This document shows, piece by piece, positions 1 through 7,474 of a DNA stretch of 32,000 bases; the first letter of the stretch is position 1; every line of letters starts with the position of its first letter. The notes beneath the pieces are model-generated. The model was not told where the DNA came from, searched no databases, and saw nothing but the letters and a program-made list of their open reading frames with translations. The stretch covers positions 901,374-933,373 of the forward strand of contig CP023991.1 of NCBI GenBank assembly GCA_003516025.1. The letters run 5' to 3'. Made by a program: the position numbers and the translations under genes. This DNA is from Candidatus Saccharimonadota bacterium (GTDB taxonomy: Bacteria; Patescibacteriota; Saccharimonadia; Saccharimonadales; UBA4665).

Positions 1-1
1 A

Positions 2-469
2 ATGGCAGAAGACCAGGGACTGGATTTAGTGGAGATATCCCCTGACGCAGATCCACCGGTCGCTAAAATCGTGGATTGGGGCAAGTTCAACTACCAGCGT
101 ACCAAGCAGGCTCAGAAGAACAAGAAAAGCGCCAAGACCCTCGAAATGAAGCAAATGCGTTTCGGTCTCAAAATCAGCGACCACGACCTCGGAGTTAAGA
201 TGGGTAAAGTGCGCGGCTTTCTCGAAGCCGGTCACAAGGTAAAGATTACCGCCTTCTTCCGCGGACGCGAGCTCGCCCACAAGGATTTAGGGTTCAAAAT
301 TGCTGAAAAAGTCATTGCTAACTTCGGTGACATGGTCGTTGTCGACCAGGCACCACAGTTAGCCGGCAAGCAGCTGAGTTTCGTAGTCAGGATCAATCCT
401 TCCTACAAGCCGGCAGCTAAAGAGACCTCGAAGGCGGACGAATCGGCCAATATCGCTCATAGCGTATAG
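2..469 (+). CDS. infC: translation initiation factor IF-3, C-terminal portion (gene continues beyond the 5' window edge)
   Basis: Protein has the IF-3 pattern GLDLVEISP..PPV.KI.DWGKF.YQ plus the C-domain (FFRGRELAH). The conserved infC-rpmI-rplT order follows. The first M is internal and the frame is open to base 2. Confidence 0.9.
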   Translation: MAEDQGLDLVEISPDADPPVAKIVDWGKFNYQRTKQAQKNKKSAKTLEMKQMRFGLKISDHDLGVKMGKVRGFLEAGHKVKITAFFRGRELAHKDLGFKIAEKVIANFGDMVVVDQAPQLAGKQLSFVVRINPSYKPAAKETSKADESANIAHSV

Positions 470-537
470 GCCAGCATTATTAACCAGAACGGAAGGTACG
501 GCACTTAACCCACCGTTTCTACAAAGGAGAATTAATC

Positions 538-735
538 ATGCCAAAGTTGAAGACCCACAGCGGCACCAAGGATCGGGTTAAAATCTCGAAAAACGGCAAA
601 GTCCGTGTTGGTAGCCCTAACCGCAACCACTTTATGTCAAAGAAGAGTGGCGCTCGTAAGCGTAAACTCGCCGGTTTACACACCCTTCTCGGGGCTAACC
701 GTAAAATTCTTAAGCAGAAGTTGGGAGCTAAATAA
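538..735 (+). CDS. rpmI: 50S ribosomal protein L35
   Basis: 65 aa, [16 protein letters not shown] signature. AAAGGAGA Shine-Dalgarno lies 7 nt upstream. TAATG overlap with rplT. Confidence 0.95.
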   Translation: MPKLKTHSGTKDRVKISKNGKVRVGSPNRNHFMSKKSGARKRKLAGLHTLLGANRKILKQKLGAK

Positions 736-1079
736 TGCGCGTCAAACGAGGTGTTGCTAGCCACGCTAAGCACAATAAAATCCGCCAGGCTACTAAGGGT
801 TTCACCCATTCTAACCGCGTATCAGTTAAGCGCGGCAAGCAGGCTGTCACTAAAAGCCTGCAGTTCGCCTACCGCGACCGCCGTAACAAGAAGCGTACTT
901 TCCGCGCACTGTGGAATGCCCGCATCAACGCGGCTGCCCGCTTGAACGGCACAACCTACAGCGTTCTGATAAATAACTTGAAGACCGCTGGCATCACTTT
1001 GGACCGTAAAGTGTTGGCTGAGATGGCCGTAAACGAGCCTGAAGCCTTCGCAAACGTTGTCAAAGCTGCTACTAAATAG
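735..1079 (+). CDS. rplT: 50S ribosomal protein L20
   Basis: 114 aa, MRVKRGV..H.KH.K......G....R...YR.A.Q.V.K.L.YAYRDRR.KKR.FR.LWI.RINAA pattern. Start overlaps the rpmI stop by 1 nt. Confidence 0.95.
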   Translation: MRVKRGVASHAKHNKIRQATKGFTHSNRVSVKRGKQAVTKSLQFAYRDRRNKKRTFRALWNARINAAARLNGTTYSVLINNLKTAGITLDRKVLAEMAVNEPEAFANVVKAATK

Positions 1080-1110
1080 GTATTTCCTCCCTGTTATATA
1101 CAGGTTGAAC

Positions 1111-1150
1111 AAAAAAATAACCTCCAACGAATGTTGGAGGTTATTTTTTA
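1111..1150. terminator. bidirectional intrinsic terminator between convergent rplT and the 1166..1627 gene
   Basis: 12-bp perfect stem ATAACCTCCAAC/GTTGGAGGTTAT (1117-1128 / 1133-1144) with a GAAT loop. It is flanked by an A-run upstream and a T-run downstream. Confidence 0.75.
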
Positions 1151-1165
1151 TAAAACCATGCCCTT

Positions 1166-1627
1166 TTAATCGTTTAAGTGCATACCCAGCATGGCTTGGT
1201 TACCCATTTGCTCCCTAATATAAGCCATCTGTGTTCCAGAAAACCCGTCATAAGCTTCAATAATTCCACCCTGTACGTCATACGATCCTACCAATGCGCT
1301 CGTGGTGCGATACATAGCTCCGCTAAGCGGATTAATCTTACTGAGAGCCAGTTCATAATGTAACGAGTGGCTGCTTTCAGGCTGCCCCAATAAAACGACA
1401 GCTAACGGCAAAGGGCGGTCTAATTCAGCAAGAAATTCTTGGCGTTCCTGTTTGTCTTCAAAATCTTCAGGGAACAGCTCCATAAGACTTATATTTTTCG
1501 CTCTCCAGCTATCAATAATGCCTAATTGCTCTTGTGATCGGTGGGCCTCTAAAAAGAATCGTATCGTCTTATCCGAACCCCAAAGAACAGGCGTAACTTC
1601 AGGATGATAGTAACGAGGATTTTCCAT
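1166..1627 (-). CDS. hypothetical protein (153 aa), no family recognised
   Basis: Long ORF with no competing frame. Visibly more AT-rich than its neighbours. A TATAAA box sits 11 nt upstream of the ATG and there is no clear SD. Confidence 0.6.
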   Translation of the reverse strand: MENPRYYHPEVTPVLWGSDKTIRFFLEAHRSQEQLGIIDSWRAKNISLMELFPEDFEDKQERQEFLAELDRPLPLAVVLLGQPESSHSLHYELALSKINPLSGAMYRTTSALVGSYDVQGGIIEAYDGFSGTQMAYIREQMGNQAMLGMHLND

Positions 1628-1660
1628 ATATGTAGGTATTTATATCATTTTTCATTACTA

Positions 1661-1690
1661 AAAGCAAAAACCTTTGCATTGCAAAGGTTT
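1661..1690 (-). terminator. intrinsic terminator downstream of RNase P RNA
   Basis: The minus strand reads AAACCTTTGCAATGCAAAGGTTTTTGCTTTT, a stem CCTTTGC/GCAAAGG followed by a T-run. Confidence 0.6.
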
Positions 1691-1692
1691 TG

Positions 1693-2137
1693 ACTGGCCA
1701 GATTATCTATAAGCCGGGTTTTGTCGCCTGCCCGATATCATGCGCTCAGCCAGCAAGCTGACATGGACGAACGATCATTTGCAGGCGTCTGATCATCTCT
1801 CTAGGCCTGTGGTTGCCCGCAGGCTCAAGCGGTTCTTGTGATGAACACTTGCCGGGAAGCTTCAAGCTTTAGACTTGTAAGCGTCCATCTCCTTGCAGCA
1901 GGCAGGGTTTACCATCTTCCGTAGTCACCTACGGCCAATGCGGGCTCTTACCCCGCTCGTTTCACCTTTGCCGCGCCAGCAGCCGAAGCAAATAACGCGG
2001 TAGTTTCGTTTCTGTGGCACTTTCCCTAGGGTCACCCCCGGTCGCCGTTAGCGACTGCCATTCCCTGTACTGCCCGGACTTTCCTCTTCGCCTTACCAAA
2101 AAGTAATTTGAAGCGATCAGCCGATAATCTGGCCACC
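1693..2137 (-). ncRNA. rnpB: RNase P RNA, bacterial type A
   Basis: The minus strand carries GAGGAAAGTCCGGGC (2086..2072), GTGCCACAGAAACG, GGTGAAA..GCGGGGTAAGAGCCCGC and ACAAAACCCGGCTTAT (1724..1709). P1 pairs GGCCAGATTATC (2134..2123) with GATAATCTGGCC (1707..1696). End coordinates are +/- a few nt. Confidence 0.9.
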
Positions 2138-2153
2138 TCCAGTATACCATTAC

Positions 2154-2972
2154 CTAACCAGCAATGTGACCCGGCCGTTCTATCTTGAGCGCTTCATCGA
2201 GCGTACGGTTAACGGCGGCGTCCGCCAGGCGGTTCATCTCCCGGGGCACATGAGTTACCGTACAGGCACTGAACTGACCCATCAGCGCCTTAACCGCTTC
2301 ATGTACCGGCCACAGATCACGGTTACGGACCTTAAAAATCCCTTTCAGCTGGTTGACGACCAGCATACTGTCCATGTGGACATCGAGTTCCCGGGCACCC
2401 ATACGGACCGCTTCCTCGAGCGCGTATTTGAGTGCCAGGTACTCCGCTTGATTGTTTGTTGTAATACCAATATAGATGCCCTTATCAACCAGTACCGTCT
2501 CCGTAACGGGATCGATGACAACAAAACCGCTGGCCGAAGGTCCTGGATTGCCCCGGGAACCACCATCAGCGAAAATAGACAATTTTTGAACATTTTTTGT
2601 TGTTGAAAGTACATCTATATTTGTAATATCAGATGAAAAATCGAAATAAATAAACTTAACTGATGTTGATAAAGATACATCATTATCATAATACTCCCGA
2701 AACTCCGTAAGCATATCTTGCGGCACATAATGGCCCTCCGGGCTTTCTATGCCAATTTCCACAACATCACTCAGATGTTTTTCCAGGATCCGGGTGAGAC
2801 GCGCCGTACCGATCACCCGCCACGTTTCCGGGCGCTGAGGATCGGTTTTATCGATCACCAGGACCGCGTCATTAACCGATAAGTTCTTATCATCGCGTAT
2901 CCGCATAGTCGAAGTCTTTTCACCACGCTGGACGGCCTGGGCCAGCTCATGGTCGAACTTGAGTGATTTCAT
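2154..2972 (-). CDS. fusion protein: N-terminal ASCH (PUA-like) domain plus C-terminal RNase HI-family domain
   Basis: The N-terminal ~110 aa are ASCH-like (LKFDHELAQAVQRGEKTSTMRIRD...GD-type beta barrel pattern). The C-terminus has RNase H catalytic motifs: FADGGSRGNPGPSA (D), NNQAEYLAL (E), MDSMLVVNQL (D), EMNRLADAAVN (D). Confidence 0.8.
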   Translation of the reverse strand: MKSLKFDHELAQAVQRGEKTSTMRIRDDKNLSVNDAVLVIDKTDPQRPETWRVIGTARLTRILEKHLSDVVEIGIESPEGHYVPQDMLTEFREYYDNDVSLSTSVKFIYFDFSSDITNIDVLSTTKNVQKLSIFADGGSRGNPGPSASGFVVIDPVTETVLVDKGIYIGITTNNQAEYLALKYALEEAVRMGARELDVHMDSMLVVNQLKGIFKVRNRDLWPVHEAVKALMGQFSACTVTHVPREMNRLADAAVNRTLDEALKIERPGHIAG

Positions 2973-3026
2973 AGGTCTATTGTCTCATTTTTTAGCCAAG
3001 TACGGTATACTATGTCTGTTCTTGAC

Positions 3027-3102
3027 CGGGGTGTAGCGCAGTTGGTAGCGCGTACGGCTGGGGGCCGTGAGGTCGCAGGTTCAAGTCCTGTCACCCCGAC
3101 CA
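3027..3102 (+). tRNA. tRNA-Pro (anticodon GGG)
   Basis: Cloverleaf folded by hand. Acceptor CGGGGTG/CACCCCG, anticodon loop CTGGGGG with G37, T-loop TTCAAGT, discriminator A, encoded CCA. Confidence 0.9.
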
Positions 3103-3114
3103 TATCTGAGAAAT

Positions 3115-3154
3115 AAAAAACCCGAGTCTGACATATAGTCGGCTCGGGTTTTTT
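3115..3154 (+). terminator. intrinsic terminator after tRNA-Pro
   Basis: AAAAAACCCGAG ... CTCGGGTTTTTT: a stem of CCCGAG/CTCGGG extended by A/T pairs, followed by a T-run. Confidence 0.7.
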
Positions 3155-3366
3155 AGTGGTTAGGCTGCTGACGTGATTAACCTGAGCAAAGTCCAGGTGG
3201 GTACTCGCACTAACTGGCTCATATTATGTGGCCAGAAAGAATATAAAGTTCCCTAATGATTAGTATTCAGATAATCATTAGTCAGCTGAAGCGCCATTGC
3301 TGGCGGCTTCACGCCTAACCATTTCTTAGTATACCCGCATGCTGGCCCGGCGTCAGGCCCTGATAT

Positions 3367-3981
3367 TTACAACAGGAACTGCAACACGGCGTCGTTGAGG
3401 TTGGCAATAACGGAGCCAAGACCCGTGAACAGCACCAGGCCGAAGATAATAAACAGGCCATACGGCTCAATACTGCGCATAAAGTCCTGTACCGGCTCAG
3501 GGGCGAAAGCATATAGCACGCGCGACCCGTCGAGCGGTGGTATCGGCAGGATGTTAAACACGAAGAGCGCCACGTTGAGCGTGATGAACGTACTGAAGAC
3601 GTCGACCAGGCTGTCGCTGACACCAACAGTACGGGCTATCACGGCACCAATCAGAGCCAATATCAGATTCGACAGCGGCCCGGCGGCGGCAATGAGCGCG
3701 GCACCCAATTCATCCCATTTGACCCGGTCGGGGCTGAATGGTACCGGCTTAGCAGCCAGGATTGGCGCGCTAAACAGGAAGAGTGTGATGGCCGGCAATA
3801 GAATGGTCATAAAGGGATCGATGTGCCGCAGCGGATTGAGACTCACCCGTCCCTCGTCGGCGGCAGTCGTATCGCCCAGTTTAAGACCAACGTAAGCGTG
3901 CATGGCTTCGTGAATGGTCATAGACACCAGCAACACGCCGATAACGATCAAAATGCTGGTTAAGGAAAGGTTTCCGGTCAT
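3367..3981 (-). CDS. site-2 protease family (peptidase M50) membrane metalloprotease
   Basis: HEAMHAY (HExxH) lies in the first TM segment, with multiple TM helices and a downstream LDG motif. ATG 3981 is preferred over TTG 3990 because TATAAT (3995..3990) sits 8 nt upstream of it. Confidence 0.8.
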   Translation of the reverse strand: MTGNLSLTSILIVIGVLLVSMTIHEAMHAYVGLKLGDTTAADEGRVSLNPLRHIDPFMTILLPAITLFLFSAPILAAKPVPFSPDRVKWDELGAALIAAAGPLSNLILALIGAVIARTVGVSDSLVDVFSTFITLNVALFVFNILPIPPLDGSRVLYAFAPEPVQDFMRSIEPYGLFIIFGLVLFTGLGSVIANLNDAVLQFLL

Positions 3982-4023
3982 TAGTAGCAATTATACCGTA
4001 TCACGGACGCGTCCCGTAACAGA

Positions 4024-4052
4024 TTGACTTGGGCGGCATTTATCTGTACAAT
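4024..4052 (+). promoter_or_regulatory. sigma-70-type promoter for rpmB
   Basis: TTGACT (4024-4029), 17 nt spacer, TACAAT (4047-4052). About 55 nt of leader precede the rpmB ATG. Confidence 0.6.
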
Positions 4053-4111
4053 AAAGCCCTGACGTATTATTAACCAAGCGACGTAATAAGAGAGTAATCA
4101 GGACAAAAGAT

Positions 4112-4318
4112 ATGAACATATGCGAACTTACCGGCAAAGGGAAGCAGTACGGCAACAACGTTAGCTTCTCTCAGCGCCATACCAAGAAGGTTTGGAAGCC
4201 TAACCTGCAGACCAAGACTATCGTGGTTGACGGTAAAAAAGTCACCATGAAAATCAGTACCCAGGCCCTGCGCACCCTGAAGAAAAAGGGCATCATCACT
4301 ACCGCAGGCGCAAAATAA
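4112..4318 (+). CDS. rpmB: 50S ribosomal protein L28
   Basis: 68 aa, C.LTGK....GNNVS.S.....R.W.PNLQ signature. Confidence 0.95.
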   Translation: MNICELTGKGKQYGNNVSFSQRHTKKVWKPNLQTKTIVVDGKKVTMKISTQALRTLKKKGIITTAGAK

Positions 4319-4334
4319 GCTGCCTGCCCACTTA

Positions 4335-4386
4335 AAAAACTCTTAAAAAACCACTGGATTTCTCCGGTGGTTTTTTAAGAGTTTTT
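4335..4386. terminator. very long bidirectional terminator hairpin between rpmB and the MBL-fold gene
   Basis: AAAAACTCTTAAAAAACCACTGG / CCGGTGGTTTTTTAAGAGTTTTT gives a 23-bp stem with one G-U pair and a 6-nt loop (4358-4363). A/T runs occur on both sides. Confidence 0.75.
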
Positions 4387-4417
4387 ATTGCCACTCCCTC
4401 CGTGGAGCGGACCGTCG

Positions 4418-5044
4418 CTAGGACTTTTCAACAACGATAAGCTGGGTCACATCAGATAATTCCAATGCCTTAGCCCTCAGTTTAGACGTGGTCTCTTTGG
4501 GTTCCATAGACATTTCATGCAGCGCGTGGGCCAAGTCCTGCTGAGGCATAGGATATGTAATACCATTCGTGTCGTAGTGCGAAGGAATGACGATCTTCGG
4601 CTCGACTTTCTTAATAATTTTAAGCGCGCCAATCGGATCAAGCGTATAGCCATTGCCCCCGACCGGTACCAACATGATGTCCACGATGCCAATAGCCTCC
4701 AGCTGTTCGTCGCTCAGTTCAGGATAAATGTGACCCGGAATAAATATATTGAGTTCGCGAGTTAGCACCTTATACATAGTCGCGTTATGAGTTCCCGCCT
4801 CTTCCATGTGACCACGGGCAGCAATGCCATAGATAGACACGTCAGACACCTCATACTCGCCAGGGCCGTCGACCGTAATCTTGGTTTCGACCGGAGGATT
4901 GCCATGAGCTCCGGTAAACAATAAAATATCACCGGGCTTGGTAACAGACTTAGCTCCCAGATCGCTCAGGTTGTCATCAACAACGACCCGTACTCCGCGG
5001 GTAGCGAAGCTAAAACAGTTAGCACCATAAAATTGTATATCCAT
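4418..5044 (-). CDS. MBL-fold metal-dependent hydrolase (UPF0173-like)
   Basis: 208 aa. The N-terminus MDIQFYGANCFSF...V.VDD and overall beta-lactamase-fold spacing resemble that family. The family call comes from memory of UPF0173-type proteins. Confidence 0.65.
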   Translation of the reverse strand: MDIQFYGANCFSFATRGVRVVVDDNLSDLGAKSVTKPGDILLFTGAHGNPPVETKITVDGPGEYEVSDVSIYGIAARGHMEEAGTHNATMYKVLTRELNIFIPGHIYPELSDEQLEAIGIVDIMLVPVGGNGYTLDPIGALKIIKKVEPKIVIPSHYDTNGITYPMPQQDLAHALHEMSMEPKETTSKLRAKALELSDVTQLIVVEKS

Positions 5045-5056
5045 ATCTATCTCTCC

Positions 5057-5665
5057 TTAAGATTCAGTAGCAGTCGTTTGCTGTAAAATGTTGCGCTTAT
5101 CAATCAGAACCTGTTTTTTGGCGGCCAGTAAGTTGGCGACAAAACGATCGTTAATTTCCCGCCGATAGGTAAAGTCATCGACGCTCATAACCGCGTAGCG
5201 CAACTCCTTGCCTTCTTTCATTTCCAGATCGGTCATAAACTTATTAAGGCGTGCCTGGTTCATATCGCCAACCAGGAAAACATCGACACCAGTACTCTCG
5301 TCACGGGTCAGCTGTCCGGTGTAGACCGCCAGCTCGACATTGCCGATGGATTTGATATCGGTCTCGCCCGCCTCGGTGCCGGGCGTAGCGGTGCTGCCGG
5401 CCGGAGCAAGGCCGCCGCCGAATATCTGCGAGAGCGGCTCGTGATACTCGAATTTCTGATTTACCTCATAGTACAAACGGTTATTGGTAGTGTCCGACAC
5501 GATGATACCGATGCTCAGCAAATTAGACAGTTCGCGGCGTACGGAATTAATTTGCTCATCAATCTTGCGGGTAATTTCGCGGACATAAAACGAGCGGTTA
5601 GGATTACTGTAGAACAACTGCAGTAGCTTTACCCTCGTCTTCGATCCAAACAGTTGTTCAATCAT
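5057..5665 (-). CDS. winged-helix (ArsR-like) transcriptional regulator with C-terminal domain
   Basis: The N-terminus LFGSKTRVKLLQLFYSNPNRSFYVREITRKIDEQINSVRRELSNL is a typical wHTH. TACAAT (5677..5672) lies 6 nt upstream of the ATG. Confidence 0.7.
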   Translation of the reverse strand: MIEQLFGSKTRVKLLQLFYSNPNRSFYVREITRKIDEQINSVRRELSNLLSIGIIVSDTTNNRLYYEVNQKFEYHEPLSQIFGGGLAPAGSTATPGTEAGETDIKSIGNVELAVYTGQLTRDESTGVDVFLVGDMNQARLNKFMTDLEMKEGKELRYAVMSVDDFTYRREINDRFVANLLAAKKQVLIDKRNILQQTTATES

Positions 5666-5701
5666 ATTTCTATTGTAGCAGACTTAACCGGAACACAAGC
5701 T

Positions 5702-6571
5702 TTATTTGTTCGATTTAGTTGTAACTAAATCTACAATGGTCTCTATTTTACTACTGTTGCTAATCCAGTGAACACTATTATTTCGTTTGAACCAGGTACG
5801 TTGGCGCTTCGCCAGATTCCGGGTGTTTTTAGCGATACTCCGTGTAACTTCCGCCAGCTGAGAAGTTCCTAAAAAGTAGTCCTGCCACTCGCGGTAACCT
5901 ATCGATCCCATGCCGGGCGCGTCCCAGCCATAGGTATGCTGAAGTTCTCGAACTTCCATTTCCAGCCCTTGGCCAATCATCGCCTCCATCCGGCCGGTAA
6001 TCCGCTGGTTTAGTTCGGCGCGGTCTGCGTCCACTCCTATAATTACCGTTCCCGGCGTTAGCTCGCCACGACTGGCCACCTGACCGTCCGTTTCAATAGC
6101 CCGCGTCAGGTGCCGGGGGTTGCGGCTATTTTTAGGCAGAGCTATACCCTTTCGTACGATTTCAGCCTGCAGTTCTTCGACCGACATGCCCTGGAGTCGT
6201 TGCCGCTCCTCAGGGCGAGCCGGTTGCCGGAACTGGAAATCATATAGGAGCGCGTCTACGTACAATCCGGTGCCCCCAACGACAATCGGCAGTTTACCCC
6301 GCCGGGAAATATCCTCAACTGCGGCCCCGGCGTGCCTTTTAAAATCCGCAGCCGAAAAAGACTGCTCAGGAGTGACCAGATCGAGACAGTAATGCGGTAC
6401 TCTGGCCCGCTCACCGGCTGTGGGCTTGGCAGTTCCAATGTCCATAGCCTTATATACGGTACGTGAATCAGCGCATACTATCTCGCCGTCTAAACGCTCA
6501 GCCAGCGCCATAGCCAACGCTGATTTACCGGAAGCCGTCTCTCCGACGATAGCCACAAGGGGGACATTCAT
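5702..6571 (-). CDS. miaA: tRNA dimethylallyltransferase
   Basis: P-loop VGETASGKSALA, then CADSRTVYK.MDIGTAKP. ATG 6571 is preferred because it forms an ATGA overlap with the stop of the upstream ATL gene; the ORF-track start at 6586 is GTG. Confidence 0.9.
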   Translation of the reverse strand: MNVPLVAIVGETASGKSALAMALAERLDGEIVCADSRTVYKAMDIGTAKPTAGERARVPHYCLDLVTPEQSFSAADFKRHAGAAVEDISRRGKLPIVVGGTGLYVDALLYDFQFRQPARPEERQRLQGMSVEELQAEIVRKGIALPKNSRNPRHLTRAIETDGQVASRGELTPGTVIIGVDADRAELNQRITGRMEAMIGQGLEMEVRELQHTYGWDAPGMGSIGYREWQDYFLGTSQLAEVTRSIAKNTRNLAKRQRTWFKRNNSVHWISNSSKIETIVDLVTTKSNK

Positions 6572-6933
6572 TGTTCCGGCCACCACAGTAATTCCGCCAC
6601 CGGTACATAAAAGGCATCACTTACCGCGACGCCCTCTGCACTTAAGGCTGCGGCATGTTCGGCCCTGCCGCCTGGGTAGCCGCCCGCCAAACCGCCTTTT
6701 TTGTTCACTACGCGCTGCCATGGCAAATCCGGATCACCAAAATGGGCGATACCGCCGACGATACGGGCGGCGTGGGCACTACCGGCTAACGCCGCGATCT
6801 GGCCGTAGGTCATTACCTTACCGGGTGGAATCTGGCGGATAATGTGCTCAACGCGCTCGCGGAAGCCAGGCTCAACCTCGTCGTTCGGCAAAATAGCGCT
6901 CCACAGCTTGCCAATCCGCCACTTGGGTGACAT
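6568..6933 (-). CDS. MGMT-family DNA-binding protein of the alkyltransferase-like (ATL) type
   Basis: IPPGKVMTYGQIAALAG..AARIVG helix-turn-helix is followed by PWQRVV, where true methyltransferases have PCHRVV. The start is uncertain: ATG 6933, or TTG 6891. The longest ORF (6978) would overlap the upstream gene by 107 nt. Confidence 0.7.
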   Translation of the reverse strand: MSPKWRIGKLWSAILPNDEVEPGFRERVEHIIRQIPPGKVMTYGQIAALAGSAHAARIVGGIAHFGDPDLPWQRVVNKKGGLAGGYPGGRAEHAAALSAEGVAVSDAFYVPVAELLWWPEQ

Positions 6934-7471
6934 TTTCAGGAAGCTTACTTGCCGTCTGATTCCATTTGTATTCACCAAACAGCAGGGCTTGAATGCCAGC
7001 TTCGGCGGACGCCAAACAGTGTTTTAATTGATCATCTATTAAGTAGTCAGCGCCCAGTTCTTTACATATGGTTGCTTTAGTCATATGTATGCCGAAGCTG
7101 TTATCGAAAAAGCCGGCGAAATGGATAGCGGAAAAAATACCGCTGTAGTGCGTCTCAAGCCAGGCTTTCGTCTCCTCGGATACTACTGAACGCCGGGAAG
7201 TCACCACGACTAACTTGTAGCGCGTGCTTAATTCCTCAAGAATCGGCTTAGCATCTGTCTTATGTACATACTTACCTATACTGCCCGAGGCATGAAACTC
7301 CGCTGACCGGCGCTCAACTTCTTCGTCATCAATATTCCACATCTCACCCCAGTGCTCGACGTAATCATCAACAGTAAGGTTGGTATTCCACCGCTGGTTA
7401 CTGAAGTCAGTAAAACCCTGAGCGTTATCAGCCAAAACATCATCAATATCGATTGCTATAGTTTGTTTCAT
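6872..7471 (-). CDS. HAD-superfamily 5'(3')-(deoxy)nucleotidase-like hydrolase
   Basis: The N-terminal motif I IAIDIDDVLAD is typical of the NT5C-like HAD subgroup. The start lies 3 nt after the thrS stop. Confidence 0.65.
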   Translation of the reverse strand: MKQTIAIDIDDVLADNAQGFTDFSNQRWNTNLTVDDYVEHWGEMWNIDDEEVERRSAEFHASGSIGKYVHKTDAKPILEELSTRYKLVVVTSRRSVVSEETKAWLETHYSGIFSAIHFAGFFDNSFGIHMTKATICKELGADYLIDDQLKHCLASAEAGIQALLFGEYKWNQTASKLPENVTQVADWQAVERYFAERRG

Positions 7472-7474
7472 CGT

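Noticed and set aside
470-537. Possible L20-binding regulatory leader between infC and rpmI (hairpin AACGG..CCGTT)
   Set aside because: It is only a 5-bp stem. I cannot support resemblance to the known L20 leader pseudoknot by eye.
1962-2150. 62-aa ORF on the minus strand
   Set aside because: It lies entirely inside the RNase P RNA gene. It is Arg-rich, has no SD and is explained by the ncRNA.
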